DNA of 64,000 nucleotides from Squalus acanthias. Lineage: Eukaryota. Shown piece by piece: positions 12,030 to 25,009 of this stretch; positions within the stretch are counted from its first letter, which is position 1, and the number at the start of each line of letters is the position of its first letter. The translations under genes were made by a program, and so were the position numbers. The notes beneath the pieces are model-generated. The model made no database searches and had not been told where the DNA came from. It worked only from the letters and a program-made list of their open reading frames with translations. The stretch spans positions 17,050,001-17,114,000 of the forward strand of contig CM059449.1 in assembly GCA_030390025.1 (NCBI GenBank). Direction: 5' to 3'.

Positions 12030-12857
12030 CCCTCGTGGCAGATGACAATTCACGCAGGAAAGTGCGAAGTGTTGCATTTAGGTAGGAAGAACGAGGAGAG
12101 TCAATATCAACTGAAGGTAACGATCCTAAATGGCCTGCATGAACAGAGAGACCTGGGGGCACATGTGCACAAATCATTGATGGTGGCAGGGCAGGTTGAG
12201 AAAGCGGTTAACAAAGCATACGGGATACTGGGCTTCATAAATAGAGGCATAGAGTACAAAAACAAGGAAGTTACGATGAACCTTCATAAAACACTGGCTC
12301 GGCCTCATCTGGAGTATTGTGTCCAATTCTGGGCACCACACTTTAGGAAGGATGTGAAGGCCTTAGAGAGGGTGCAGAAAAGATTTACAAGAATTGTTCC
12401 ATGGATGAGGAAATTCAGTTATGTGAATAGACTGGAGAAGTCGGGGTTGTTCTCCTTGGAGCAGATAAGGTTGAGAGGAGATCTGATAGAGGTGTTCAAA
12501 ATCATGAGAGCTCTGGACAGAGTAGATAGAGAGAAACTGTTCCCATTAGTGGAAGGGTCGAGAACCAGAGGATATAGGTTTAAGGTGATTGGCAAAAGAA
12601 CCAAAGGCGACATGAGGAAAAACTTTTTTACGCAGCGAGTGGTTAGGACCTGGAATGCACTGCCTGAAAGTGTGGTGGAGGCAGATTCAAACGTGGCTTT
12701 CAAAAGGCATTTGGATGAGTACCTGAAGGAAAAAAATGATGGGCTACGGCGAAAGGGCGGGGGAGTGGGACTCGCTGAAGTGACCTTGCAGAGAGCCGGC
12801 ACGGGTTCGGTGGGCCAAATGGCCTCCTTATGTGCTGTAAAAATTCTATGATTCTCT
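12030..12857 (+). mobile_element. CR1 LINE 3' end immediately upstream of the gene 2 V exon
   Basis: ORF 12042..12851 (KCEVLHLG...RPHLEYCVQFWAP) plus an attctatg tail. Confidence 0.92.
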
Positions 12858-12917
12858 ACTGGTCTGTAATTCTGTAGGTCACTTTTGACAGATTGCATTG
12901 TTCCATTTATACTCCAG

Positions 12918-13255
12918 ACAATGGGTTGATGAGTGGAATCAGAGTGTTCCAGTCCCCAGATGCCATCAATGTAATAGAAGGAGGATCGGTACAGCTGAAC
13001 TGCACTTTTGAAGCGAATAATACTGTCGGACGAGTTGTTTGGAGGCGGGCCTCACAAAACATGGAAGTGTCGGTTCGGAATCCTTTCTATCAGAGCCGGA
13101 TAACGAAGTCAGGGTCGAAATTGTTTGCAGAAAAAATGGCTTTCATTGAAATGATCAATTTACTGACAATGGACTCGATTTTTACTACTGCGAGGTGGAA
13201 ATTCCGGCGCTTGGGAAAGCAAGCGGGACAGGAACACAACTTATAATAACTGACA
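12918..13255 (+). pseudogene. NKp30/NCR3-like gene 2 V exon with a 1-nt frameshift
   Basis: ctccag/gtgagt boundaries; 338 nt, one short of 339. IRVFQSPDAINVIEGGSVQLNC...VW...DS, then a frameshift at ~13177-13183, after which the other frame reads FYYCEVEIPALGKASGTGTQLIITD. Confidence 0.88.
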
Positions 13256-14591
13256 GTGAGTAGAAAAGATCAGAGTTCGTTTTAAGGATTTACCAATATT
13301 TTGACATTGGTATGGCTGTACATGTGCTATGCAAAGAGATTTTAGTTCGGTTGCTGAATTGTGTCCGTGTGTCAATATCACTTTCAAAGTACATCGGGAA
13401 CAATTGGTCGACAATTAATATCCTGAAAGTGCCGTATATCTGACTTGAATCTGGCTATTCAAGGCGCGATGCTTTAGGAATAGGAATACACGAGCTTCAG
13501 GCTACTCCCCCATCCCCCACCACCACACCACCTGAAGGTGAGTGTTATTTCAAAATAGTACTTCGCATTATCCCTTGATTTTCTTGCTTGGCACCTTACC
13601 TTACCTCTGTTAGGGCAGCTATGTTCGTCCCTGTTTTACAAAGCTAATCAGACCGAGCTTTTCTAGTCTTTTGTTTCTCTCATAACCTAGCACTAGAACA
13701 CGAGGGAACAGGAGAGCGTTCACTCCACCTCCGGGACTTGCATGTCTCCCTTGAGCCTGAGTGACCAGAACTAAACACAATACTCAAGATGCCATCTGAC
13801 CCGAGCGGTGTACGGTTGGATCCCCACACCATATAAAAGAAAATATGATTTCTGTATTTTTTATTCGTTCCTGGGATGTTGGCGTAGCCCAGCATTATTG
13901 CCCATCCCTAGTTGCCCTTGAGAAGGTGGTGGTGAGCCGCCTGCTTGAACGGCTGCAGTCCGTGTGGTGAATGTCCGCCCACAGCGCTGTTAGGGAGGGA
14001 ATTCCAGGATTTTGACTCAGCGAGGATGAAGGATCTGCGATGTACTTCCAAATTAGGCTGGTGTGTGAATTGGAGGGGAACTTAGAGGTGGTGGTGTTCC
14101 CATGCGCCTACTGCCCTTGTCCTTCTATGTGCTGGAGGTCGCGGGTTTGGGAGGTGCTTCTGAAGAAGCCTTGGCGAGTTTAATGAAATAGGCTTTAGGT
14201 GTAATTTACTGTTTTCGATATAAGCCTTTATTTTAAACAGGTTAGCGTCTTGGTTAAAATGAAGGGAATTTGCACGCTAGTATTTCAACAAATAATTATA
14301 GTTTTTTTTCAGTTTCCACGTGGATTCAATACCTCAGATTACATATAAAATAGGAAACGGCCTTTCTTTAACGTATAGAACGCCACTGGAATGATATTTC
14401 AGTTTTCATATCCTTTCACTGAGCAATCCAAATTTAATTATTAAATTGCGCACTAGTGGCCTTCATTATGGCGATTTCTGATTTCAATTGATAGGCGGAG
14501 AGTGGGAGGCGGGGCAGTGTGATCGCCTGATATACACTCCGCCCAGTAATGCGTCCAATTGCCTTAAAATAAAACTGAATATTGGGCGCAC

Positions 14592-15250
14592 CAAAGCCAA
14601 ATGCTGCGGATGCTGGTAATCTGAAAAAAGAAACAGAAAATGCTGGAAAATACTAAGCAGGTCAGGCAGCATCTGTGGAGAGTGAAAAACAGAGTTAATG
14701 TTTCAGGTTTCTGACAGAAGGGCATCGATCTGAAACGTAAACTCTGTTTCTCTCTCTCCCTGCAGATGCTGCCTGACATGCTGAGTGTTTCCAGCATTTT
14801 CTGCTTTTTATATTGAATATTGGGCGAGTTGTACAGCGGTCGGCCAATATGTTTCTGTCTGCCTTGAGAGCATGTCCATGTCCAATTTCACCCCTACAAC
14901 AACACAAAAGCCAAATACTGCGGATGCTGGAAATCTGAAATAAAAACAGAAAATGCTGGAAATTCTCAGCAGGTCAGGCAGCATCTGTGGAGAGAGAAAC
15001 AGAGTTAACGTTTCAGGTCGATGAGCCTTCGTCAGAACTGGAAAAAGTTGGAGATGGAACAGGTTTTTAAGCAAGTGTAGGGGCCGGGAAAGGGGGGAGG
15101 GGAGGAAAGAACAAAAGGGAAGGTCTGTGACAGGATGGAAGGCAGGAGAGATTAAAGAGACAAAAGTGATGATGGTGCAATGCAAGAGGAGATGGTAATG
15201 GGACAACTTAAGAAACAAAAGATGACTCTAGATGAAGTATAAATGGCAAT
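14592..15250. mobile_element. Penelope-like terminal repeats (inverted pair 14636-14803 plus a minus-strand copy 14905-15250)
   Basis: Arms cagaaaatgctggaaa...tttcag / ctgaaacg...tttccagcattttctg; hammerhead core at 15009-15038. Confidence 0.7.
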
Positions 15251-15347
15251 GGCAGAATGATCGACCACCCCACCATTTTCTTGCATTATCTTTCACTTCA
15301 ACCAAGCGCCACCATACTGACTATATTATTGTTTCTGTTTCTAACAG

Positions 15348-15469
15348 GAGCTAGAGTCGAGCCTATCTGCCATTTCCCCACACTTAGCGCTGGATTACAA
15401 GTTACAAAAACGGAGCTGCTGATCATTCTCATAATCACAGGCCTGACGACGTACCTCTGTCCCACGTAG
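15348..15469 (+). pseudogene. Gene 2 stalk/TM exon (Lys in TM)
   Basis: Acceptor tgtttctgtttctaacag, phase 1. RARVEPICHFPTLSAGLQVTKTELLIILIITGLTTYLCPT*; the frame continues GKKYYDL* after the TAG. Confidence 0.6.
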
Positions 15470-15694
15470 GGAAAAAAATACTATGATTTATAACAAGATA
15501 CATCTGCAAACGCTGTAGGACAAGATGTCGAAAGTCGATGTAAATTTTATCAGGAAGTTCTTTAAGTTGCCCATGGTCGATATCTTTGTGTTACAGCATT
15601 GCATCGATGTGGAGTAAAGCATGGGCGATGATAGATATCGTTTTTATTACAAAATATTTCAATTAAAGTTACTGCAGCTTCAAAATAATAACTA

Positions 15695-18558
15695 TGAATT
15701 AGCTGCGCAAATAGAGGTAAACGAATATGATTTGATTGGGATTACTGAAACATGGCTCCAGGGTGGCCAAGGCTGGGACCTCAACATCCAGGGGTACTCA
15801 ATATTCAGGAAAGATAGGAAAAACGAAAAGGAGGTGGGGTAGCAATGCTGGTTAAAGAGGGGATTAACACACTTGAAAGGAAGGATATTAGCTCTGATGA
15901 TGTGGAATCTGTATGGGTTGAACTGAGAAATAACAAGGGGCAGAAAACGTTAGTGGGAGTGATATATAGACCTCCAAACAGTAATGCGGAGCTTGGGGAT
16001 GGCATTAAAAGGGAAATTAGAGAAGCGTGCAATAAGGGCACAGCAGTCATCATGGGTGACTTTAATCTACATATAGATTGGGCTAACCAAATTAGTAACA
16101 ATACTATGGAGGAGGAATTCCTGGAATGTTTACGGGATGGTTTCCTGGACCAATATGTCGAGGAACCAACCAGAGATCAGGCCATCTTAGACTGGGTATT
16201 ATGCAATGAGAAAGGGTTAATTAGCAATCTTGTTGTGCGAGGCCCCTTGGGTCGGAGCGATCATAATATGATACAATTCTTCATTAGGATGGCGAGTGAA
16301 GTAGTTGAATCAGAGACTAGGGTCCTGAATTTAAATAAAGGAAACTTCGATGATATGAGGTGCGAGTTGGGTAGGATTGATTGGGGAATGTCACTCAAGG
16401 GGTTGACGGTGGATAGGCAATGGCAAACATTCAAAGACCGCATGGACGAACTACAGAATTTGTTCATCCCAGTTTGGCATAAGAATAAAACAAAAAGTGT
16501 GACTCAACCGTGGCACAAGGGAAATTAGGGATATATAAGAACCAAGGAGAGGGCATATAAATTGGCCAGAAAAAGCAGTAACCCTGAGGATTGGGAGTAG
16601 TTTAAGATTCAACAAAGGAGGAGAAAGGAGGACAAAGGGATTAATTAAGAAGGGGAAAATAGAATACGAGAGTAAGCTTTCAGGGAACATAAAAACTGAC
16701 TGTAAAAGCTTTTATAGATATGTGAAGAGAAAAAGATTAGTGAAATCAAGCATAGGTCCCTTGCAGTTAGAATCAGGGGAACTTATAATGGGGAACAAAG
16801 AAAAGTCAGCCAATTAAATAGATATTTTGGTTCTGTCTTCACAAAGCAGGACACAAATAACCTCCCAGAGATGTTGGGGAACATAGGGTCTGGTGAAAGG
16901 GAGGAACTGAAATAAATCAGTATTTGTAGGGAAATGGTGTTAGGGAAATTGAAGGGATTGACAGCCGATAAATCCCCAGGGCCTGATAGTCTACATCCCA
17001 GGGTTCTTAAGGAAGTGGCCCTTGAAATAGTAGATGCATTGCTGATCATCTTCCAACATTCGATGGAATCTCAAACAGTACCCATGGATTGGAGGGTAGC
17101 TAATGTTACCCCACTATTCAAAAAGGGTGGTAGAGAGAAAACGGGGAATTAAAGACTGGTAAGCCTGACATCGGTAGTGGGGAAAATGCTAGAGTCCATT
17201 ATAAAAGAAATAATAGCTGAGCACTTGAAAAACAGTGACAGGATCGGACAAAGTCAACATGGATTTACAAAAGGTATATCATGCTTGTCTAATCTACTGG
17301 AATTTTTTGAGGATGTAACTGGTAAAATAGATAAGGGAGAACCAGTGGATGTGGTGTATTTGGACTTCCAAAAGGCTTTTGATAAGGTCCCGCATAAGAG
17401 ATTAGCGTGCAAAATTAAGGCATATGGGATTGGGGGCAAGGTATTGACTTGGATAGAGAACTGGTTGGCAGACAGAAAGCAAAGAGTTGGAATAAACGGG
17501 TCTTTTCCGAGTGGCAGGCAGTGACTAGTGGCGTACCGCAGGGATCGGTCCTTGGACCCCAGCTATTCACAATATATATTAATGATCTAGACAAGGGAAC
17601 TGGATGTAATATCTCCAAGTTTCCAGACGACACAAAACTGGGTGGGCGTGTGTGCTGCGAGGAGGATGCCGAGAAACTCCAGTATGATTTGGAAAGTTTG
17701 GGTGATTGGGCAGAAGCGTGGCAGATGCAATATAACGTGGATAAATGCGAGGTTATCCACTTTGGTGTCCAAAACTGAAAGGCAGATTATTATCTGAATG
17801 GCAATAGATTGGGAGAAGGGAACGTGCAACGAGACCTGGATGTTCTTGTGCACCAGTCGCTGAAGGTAAGCATGCAGGTGCAGCAGGTGGTTAAGAAGGC
17901 AAATGGTATGTTGGCCTTCGTAGCGAGAGGGTTTGAGTACAGGAACAAGGATGTCTTGCTGCAGTTGTACAGGGCCTTGGTGAGACCACACCTTGAGTAC
18001 TGTGTGCAGTTTTGGTCGCCTTATCTGAGGAAGGATGTTCTTGCCATGGAAGGAGTTCAGCGAAGATTCACAAGGCTGATACCTGGGATGGCAGGAATGA
18101 CGTATGAAGAGAGATTGGGTCGATTGGGCTTATACTCGCTGGAGTTTAGAAGAATGAGAGGGGATCTCATTGAAACTTATAACATTCTGACAGGACAGGA
18201 CAAACTAGATGCAGGAAGGATGTTCCCGGTGCTCGGGGAGTCCAGAACCGGGGGTCACAGTCTAAGGATAAGGGGTCAGCCAGTTAAGACAGAAATCAGG
18301 AGGAATTTCTTCACCCAGAGAGTGGTGAACCTGTGGAATTCTCTGCCACAGAAGGCAGTAGAGGCCAATTCATTAAGTAGATTCAAGAAGGAGTTCGATA
18401 TATTTCTTAAGGCTAAAGGGATCAAGGGATATGGGGAGAAAGCAGGGACAGGGTACTGAGTTTGGATGATCAGCCATGATCGCATTGAATGGCGGAGCAG
18501 GCTAGAGGGGCCGATTGGCCAACTCCTGCTCCTATCTTCTATGATTCTATGATTCTAT
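15695..18558 (+). mobile_element. CR1 LINE, near-complete disrupted ORF2 (APE endonuclease + RT)
   Basis: IGITETWL, GVIYRPP, MGDFN, SDHN; YLDFQKAFDKVPH, GVPQGSVLGP, FPDDTK; (attctatg)n tail. Confidence 0.95.
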
Positions 18559-19060
18559 GGTAGTTTCATGGTCACCATTACTGATACTAGATTTTTATTC
18601 CAGATTTATTCAATTATTTCAATTTAAAATCCCCAGCTGCCATGGTGGGATTTGAACCCATGTCCTCGGATCATTAGCCCAGGCCTCTGGATTACTAGTC
18701 TCGTAACATAACAGGGTCGATGCTGAGCCTAGAGCTAGGGGTCATAGTCTCAGAATAAAGGGTCAGCCATTCAGGATTGAGATGAGTAGAAATGTCTTCA
18801 CTCAGAGAGTTGTGAATCTTTGGAATTCTTTACCCCAGAGGGTTGTGGAGGCTCAGTCATTGAGCATATTCAAGGCTGAGATCGATAGATTTTTGGTCTC
18901 TAAGGGAATCAAGGGTTATGGGGATGGGGCAGGAAGGTGGAGTTGAGGTGGAAGATCAGCCATAATCATATTCAATGACGCAGCAGGCTTGAAGGGCCGA
19001 ATGGCCTACTCCAGCTCCTATTTCTTATGTTCGTATAACCACGATGCTACCGTCCGCCCG
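18559..19060. mobile_element. SINE head (minus strand) interrupted by a CR1 3' end (plus strand, ~18715-19030)
   Basis: The SINE head matches 60078-60240 in antisense; CR1 3' UTR. Confidence 0.65.
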
Positions 19061-19104
19061 TAGTAAATTTGTAACACTTTCTCCATCACCTTTTATTCCC
19101 ACGG

Positions 19105-22100
19105 CCCTCGAACCTGCACGCTTACAACGATCAGTGATATATTGAAGTGCAGATCAATCTTCTCTTTATCTCTCTATTTAATTGACGTGCATTTAGATAT
19201 TCAATCCACTGACATCTTTTTCCGTTTTCCGTTTTGATCTCAAAGCAATATTGCGCCTTGCAGGAACATTATTTTTAATGGTGAGTATTAGTTAGATGCA
19301 TTTAACTGTTCGATTTTTTTAAATAGTCCTTGAAGCAATTTTTTTTAATGAGCAATTATTGTTAGTAAAGGACTTCAGTAGTTGCGCTGATTTTTATTGC
19401 TGGATGTACAGAAGAGGTACATACAATTTTAATCTCATTTCACATTATCAAATGTCTTGTTTGCATCAAAGGATAGACCTTAATTTTCGGCTTTCATCCC
19501 CACAGAGTTAGCTCCACAAGCACAAAGGTTGGTTGGTGGTTATGAGGGTGAAGCATTTTTTAAATTACCTGGATTTTTGTTTCAGCTATGTGATGTATCT
19601 TTTCTCTTCCCAGACCCTGGATGGACATCGCTGGTTCCGCCTATGATGACATTAATCCAGCTGGTGAGTGACGCACCTGCAGAGCAGTTAACCTGCTCCT
19701 CAATGGACCGGTTGCTTCAGAGCCTACATGCACTGCCCGGTGTACTCCTGAGTCACCAGTGCCAGAGAGATCCCATGGTTAGATCCGTGAGATGTGCCGA
19801 ACTAACTGATCTTACTCTGGCTGGTGATTGGGTGCTAAGGTGGCCGGAATTTTAATCGGGAGTCTGGTTGGGTGCAGGGTGGAGAGGCTGGCTGGGAGCT
19901 GTGAGGTGGGGAGGGATCAGGTGCGGGCCGGAGGTGAGGTTGGGTTGTCGGGGGCCGGAGGAGGATTGGGGAGGAGGGAGGGAGGGAAGCATCGGGGCCG
20001 GAGCGTCGAGGAGGTGAGGGAGAGAAGATCGGGGCAGGAGCCTTGGGTGGGGTGGGGGTGGGGGGGGGACAGGGAAAGAATATCGGAGCCGGAGCATCAG
20101 GGGAGAAGGGAGAGAACATTGGGGTTGGAGCCTGGGGGCAAGGGGGGATCGGGAGAAAACATCTGGGGGGCGGGGATCTGCTTCCACCATCCTTTCAGGC
20201 CGTGCTTTCCCTATCATAACAACTCACTGCATGAAAAAATTCTCCTGAACTCCCCTCTGGTACTTTTGCCAATTATCTTGAATCTGTGTCCTCTGGTTAC
20301 CGACCCTCCCGCCAGTGGAAACAGTTTCTTGTAATCGAACTGTTTTTAAACAGATTGCATTAACGTTACAAAGCTTTCATGGTGAACTTTTACTTTTGTA
20401 GATGTTCCTCCACCACTTGGAATGTCGGTAAATCTCAGAGTTAACGTTTCCTACATCTTTTATGCTAATTTCTCTTTAACTCTGCAGTAACACTCATTTT
20501 ATCTTATTTGTTTGTCGTCCCGAAGGAATGAGCCGTTCTGTGATGAAACTAACTTAGATGGTGAGCACCACCGATTAAAGAATCATTTAACAAGATTCAA
20601 TAAGTCTTCAGTATTATACGTGTGTGAATAGCTCAGGATCAAACTCAGTAGCTTGCTGTTTGCTATTTTTTTAATATTCGTTCTTTGGATGTGGGCATCA
20701 CTGGCAAGGCCAGCATTTAATACCCATCCCTAATTGCCCTTGAGAAGTTGGTGATGAGCCGCTTTCTTGAACCGCTGCAGTCCGTGTGCTGAAGGTACTC
20801 CCACAGTGCTGTTAGGGAGGGATTTCCAAGATTTTGAGACAGCGACGATGAAGGAACAGTGATATACTTCCAAGTGAGGATGGTGTGTAACTTACAGGGT
20901 AACTTGGAGGTAATGGTGCTCCCATACGCCTGCTGCCCTTGTTCTTCTAGGTGTTACAGTTCGCGGGTTTGGGAGGTACTGCCGAAGAAGCATTGGCGAG
21001 TTGCTGCAGTGCATCTTGTCGATGGTACACACTGCAGCCACGGTACACTGGTGGTGGAGGGAGTGAATGTTTAATGTGGTGGACGCAATGCCAATCAATG
21101 GGTTGCTTTTTCCTGGATGGTGTCGAGCTTCTTGAGTATTGTTGGAGCTGCACTCATCCAGTCAAGTGGAGAGTATTCCATCACACTCCTGACTTGTGCC
21201 TGGAAGATGGTGGAAAGGCTTTGGGAAGTCAGGAGGTGCGACATTCGCCGCAGAATACACTACATCTGGCCTGCGCTTGTAGCCACATTATTTATGTGAC
21301 TGGTCCTGCTAAGTTTCTGGTCAATGGTGACACCCCCAGGATGTTGATGGTGGGGGATTCAGCGATGGTAATGCCGTTCAATGTCAAGGGGCGGTGGTTA
21401 GACTCTCGCTTGTTGGAGATGTAATATTCTTCACCTTGTGCTGTTGGACACGGGGCAATATTAACCTAACCTGACCATCGGGAAACTGACGAGATCGGGT
21501 GCAACGCCGGCATTACATGCCGCTCGATTTTACTCTCCAGTGAAGTCAGTGGAGGGTAATATGGGGCAGGGGGTGTAAAACCGGAGTTCCACCCGATCCC
21601 GTGGGTTTTCCTGGCCGGCCTTAGGCTAAAATTACCCACGGTATCAGCAGCGAGCACTGCTGGAGCGCTATTGAATTACAGCACCGGTTAGGAGGAGCGA
21701 AGCGTCCCCCCTGCACTGTACTAACGCTATATTTTAGCCACAATCTCTGAAGAATACCTCTTATTGGATCAGTATGACATCGCTTTTGATTTGTTGGGCA
21801 GCTACACATCATCCCTTTAATGCTTCATTATATTCAGTTCAACCACGCCCGCTGGATGCTGGATGTCCTAAACTATCTTTACACATTGCCCCTCTAGACA
21901 GGGATAAAGGGCACCCTCACCCGGCAGTTAGAGTTGGAATGAAACTGGTCGCATAATGAAATGGGAACCGACTGCAGTGAAACCTTCCCACTCCCACTCC
22001 CCTTAGATAAACAATTATTAATTATTATTGAAAAATGATAAAAACCAAGACGCAGTTAAGAATGCAGCTGTGCTAAACACAGTCTCAGATATAACAGAGT

Positions 22101-22269
22101 TAAGAATTTCTTGTTTGTTCATTGTCTTTCCACAGACTTCTCTCCACCTTTGCAATGATGCGTAGATATCACTGTGACATTTTGCTGCCTTTATTTTCAT
22201 GGCACGTACCGCGTGTCCTCCCTTTGTGGTTCAGTGATGAAGAGGTCTATGCCGAAATCCCCCCGCATG
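19105..22269 (+). pseudogene. Array of four cytoplasmic mini-exon pairs: 19105-19129/19246-19280; 19506-19527/19614-19663; 20402-20423/20526-20560; 22136-22157/22235-22269
   Basis: Sizes 25/35, 22/50, 22/35 and 22/35 nt, phases 1-2/2-1 as in gene 1. Products: xLEPARLQRNIAPCRNIIFN, ELAPQAQRPWMDIAGSAYDDINPA, DVPPPLGMNEPFCDETNLD, DFSPPLQCDEEVYAEIPPH. Several splice sites are mutated (cacgg, atcagt, atgcgt). Confidence 0.68.
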
Positions 22270-22349
22270 GTAAGGATTGTTACAGTGTCTTACTTACAAG
22301 CTACTATTGTCTATATTAGCCTTTCATTTATGCGACATTCATTACTCCA

Positions 22350-24872
22350 ATAGAGAGAGAGGAACAGATATGTAGGCAAATCTCAGAGAAGTGTAGAAAT
22401 AATAGGGTAATAATTGTAGGGGATTTCAACTTCCCCAATATTAACTGGGATAGTCCGAGTGTGAAAGGATTAGAGGGTGTGGAATTCTTAAAGTGCATCC
22501 AGGAGAGCTTTTTGAACCAGCATGTAGAAAGTCCTACAAGAGAGGGGCGGTACTGAACCTAATTCTAGGGAATGTAGCCGGACAAGTGATAGAAGTGTCA
22601 GTAGGAGAGCATTTTGGTGACAGTGACCATAATTCGGTGAGATTTAAGGTAGTCATGGAAAAGGACAAAGATGGACCGGAAATTAAATTTATAAATTCGG
22701 GGAAGGCCGATTTTAATATGATAAGGCTGGAGCTGGCCAAAAGTGGACTGGGATCAGCTACTTGTAGGAAAATCCACATCAGAGCAGTGGGAGTCTTTCA
22801 GAAAGGAAATAGAGAGAGTACAGCGCCAACATATTCCCGTGAAGGTCAATGGTGGGACCAACAAGCCCAGGGAACCCTGGATGTCAAGGGATATACAAGA
22901 ATGGATTAGGAAAAAAGGGAGGCTTTTGGCAGATACAAAGGACTAAAAATAGTGGAAGCCCTAGAGGAGTATAGAAAGTGCAGGGGGGTACTTAAAAAAG
23001 AAATTAGGAGAGCGAAGAGGGGGCATGAAAAAACACTGGTGGGCAAAATAAAGGAAAGTCCCAAGGTGTTTTATAAGTATATTAAGGACAAGAGGATAAC
23101 CAGGGAAAGAGTAGGGCCCATTAGGGACCAAAGTGGCAATCTGTGTGTAGAGCCGGAAGATGTAGGTGAGGTTTTAAATGAACATTTTTCATCTGTGTAA
23201 ACTATGGAGAAGGACGATGTAGGCATATAAATCAGGCAGGGGGATTGTGATATACTTGACCAAATTAGTATTGAGAGGGAGGATATACTAGCGGTTTTAG
23301 CGGGCTTAAAAATGGATAAATCCCAGGCCCAGACGAGATGTATCCCAGGCTGCTGTGTGTGACAAGGGAGGAGATTGCAGGGGCTCTGACACAAATTTTC
23401 AGAAGCTCTCTGGCCACAGGGGAGGTGCCAGAGGAATGGAGGACAGCCAACGGAGTACCATTATTCAAGAAGGCTAGTAGGGATAAACCAAGAAATTACA
23501 GGCCAGTGAGCCTAACATCAGTGGTAGAGAAATTATTGGAAAAAAATCTGAGGGACAGAATTAGTCTCCACTTGGAGAGGCAAGGATTAATCAAGGATAG
23601 TCACCATGGCTTTGTCATGGGGAGATCATGTCTAACCAATTTGATTGCATTTTTCGAGGGGGTAACTTGCTGTGTGGATGAGGGTATTGCAGTTGATGTA
23701 GTCTACATGGACTTCAGTAAGGCTTTTGACGAAGTCCCGTATGGGAGACTGGTCAAGAAGGTACGAGCCCATGGGGTCCAGGGCAATTTGGCACATTGGA
23801 TCCAAAATTGGCTCAGTGGCAGGCGGCAGAGTCTGGTGGTCGAAGGTGGTTTTTGTGACTGGAAGCCTGTGTCCAGTGGTGTACTGCAGGGATCGGTGCT
23901 GGATCCTTTGCTGTTTGTAGTGTACATTAATGATTTAGATATGAATGTAGGAGGTATGATCAGTAAGTTCGCAGATGACACGAAAATTGGTGGAGTGGTA
24001 AATAGCGAGGAGGTAAGCCTCAGGGTACACGATGATATAGACGGATTGGTCAGATGGGCAGAACAGTGGCAAATGGAATTTAACCCTGAAAAGTGTGAGG
24101 TGATGCATTTTGGGAGTACTAACAAGGCAAGGGAATACACAATGAATGGTAGGACGCTAGGAAGATCAGAGGATCAGAGGGACCTTGGTGTGCATGTACA
24201 TAGATCCCTGACGGCAGCAGGACAGGTAGATAAGGTGGTTAAAAAGGCATACTTGCCTTCATTAGCCCAGGCATAGAATATAAGAGCAGGGAGGTTATGA
24301 TGGAGCAGTACAAAACGCTTGTTAGGCCACAGCTGGAATACTGTGTGCAGTTCTGGTCGCCACACTATAGGAAGGATGTGATTGCATTGGAGAGGGTGCA
24401 GAGGAGATTCACCAGGATGTTACTGGGCTGGAGCGCTCAGCTATGTAGAGAGACTGGACAGGCTGGAGTTGTTTTCCTTAGAGCAGAGAATGCTGAGGGG
24501 GAATGTGATTGAGGTGTACAAAATTATGAGGGCCATAGATAGGGTAGATAGAAAGGAACTTTTCCCTTAGTAGAGGGGTCAATAACCAGGGGGCATTGTT
24601 TCAAGGTAAGGGGCAGGAGGTTTAGAGGGAATTTGAGAAAAACTTTTTCACCCAGAGGGTGATTGGAATCTGGAACTCACTGCCTGAAAGGGTGGTAGAG
24701 GCAGGAACTCTCACAACATTCAAGAAGCCTTTAGATGAGCACTTGAAACGCCATAGCATACAAGGCTACGGACCAAGTGCTGGAAAATGGGATAAGAATA
24801 GACAGGGCTTGATGGCCGGCGCGGACTCGATGGGCCGAAGGGCCTCTTTCTGTGCTGTAAAACTCTATGACT
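22350..24872 (+). mobile_element. CR1 LINE, 5'-truncated disrupted ORF2
   Basis: VGDFN, SDHN; ORF 23338..24276 NYRPVSLTS...YMDFSKAFD...FADDTK. Confidence 0.95.
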
Positions 24873-25009
24873 CTTGACTCTGGCTCGCATTAAACGGCGA
24901 TAAGTGCCACTCCCCTTAATATAAATAACAATAACCCTATGGCTATAATTAACGTGAAAAAACTCGCACACATTAGAGTGTACTTCTAATATTGTACCGC
25001 CTGTGTTAT

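Noticed and set aside
13691-13764. Possible secreted-form exon after the gene 2 V exon (TLEHEGTGERSLHLRDLHVSLEPE*)
   Set aside because: Only an acceptor-like tract supports it; no homology or motif.
19828-20334. 168-aa Gly/Arg-rich ORF and Pro-rich antisense ORFs
   Set aside because: G-rich low-complexity sequence fused to an antisense CR1 fragment; it lies in an intron of the mini-exon array.
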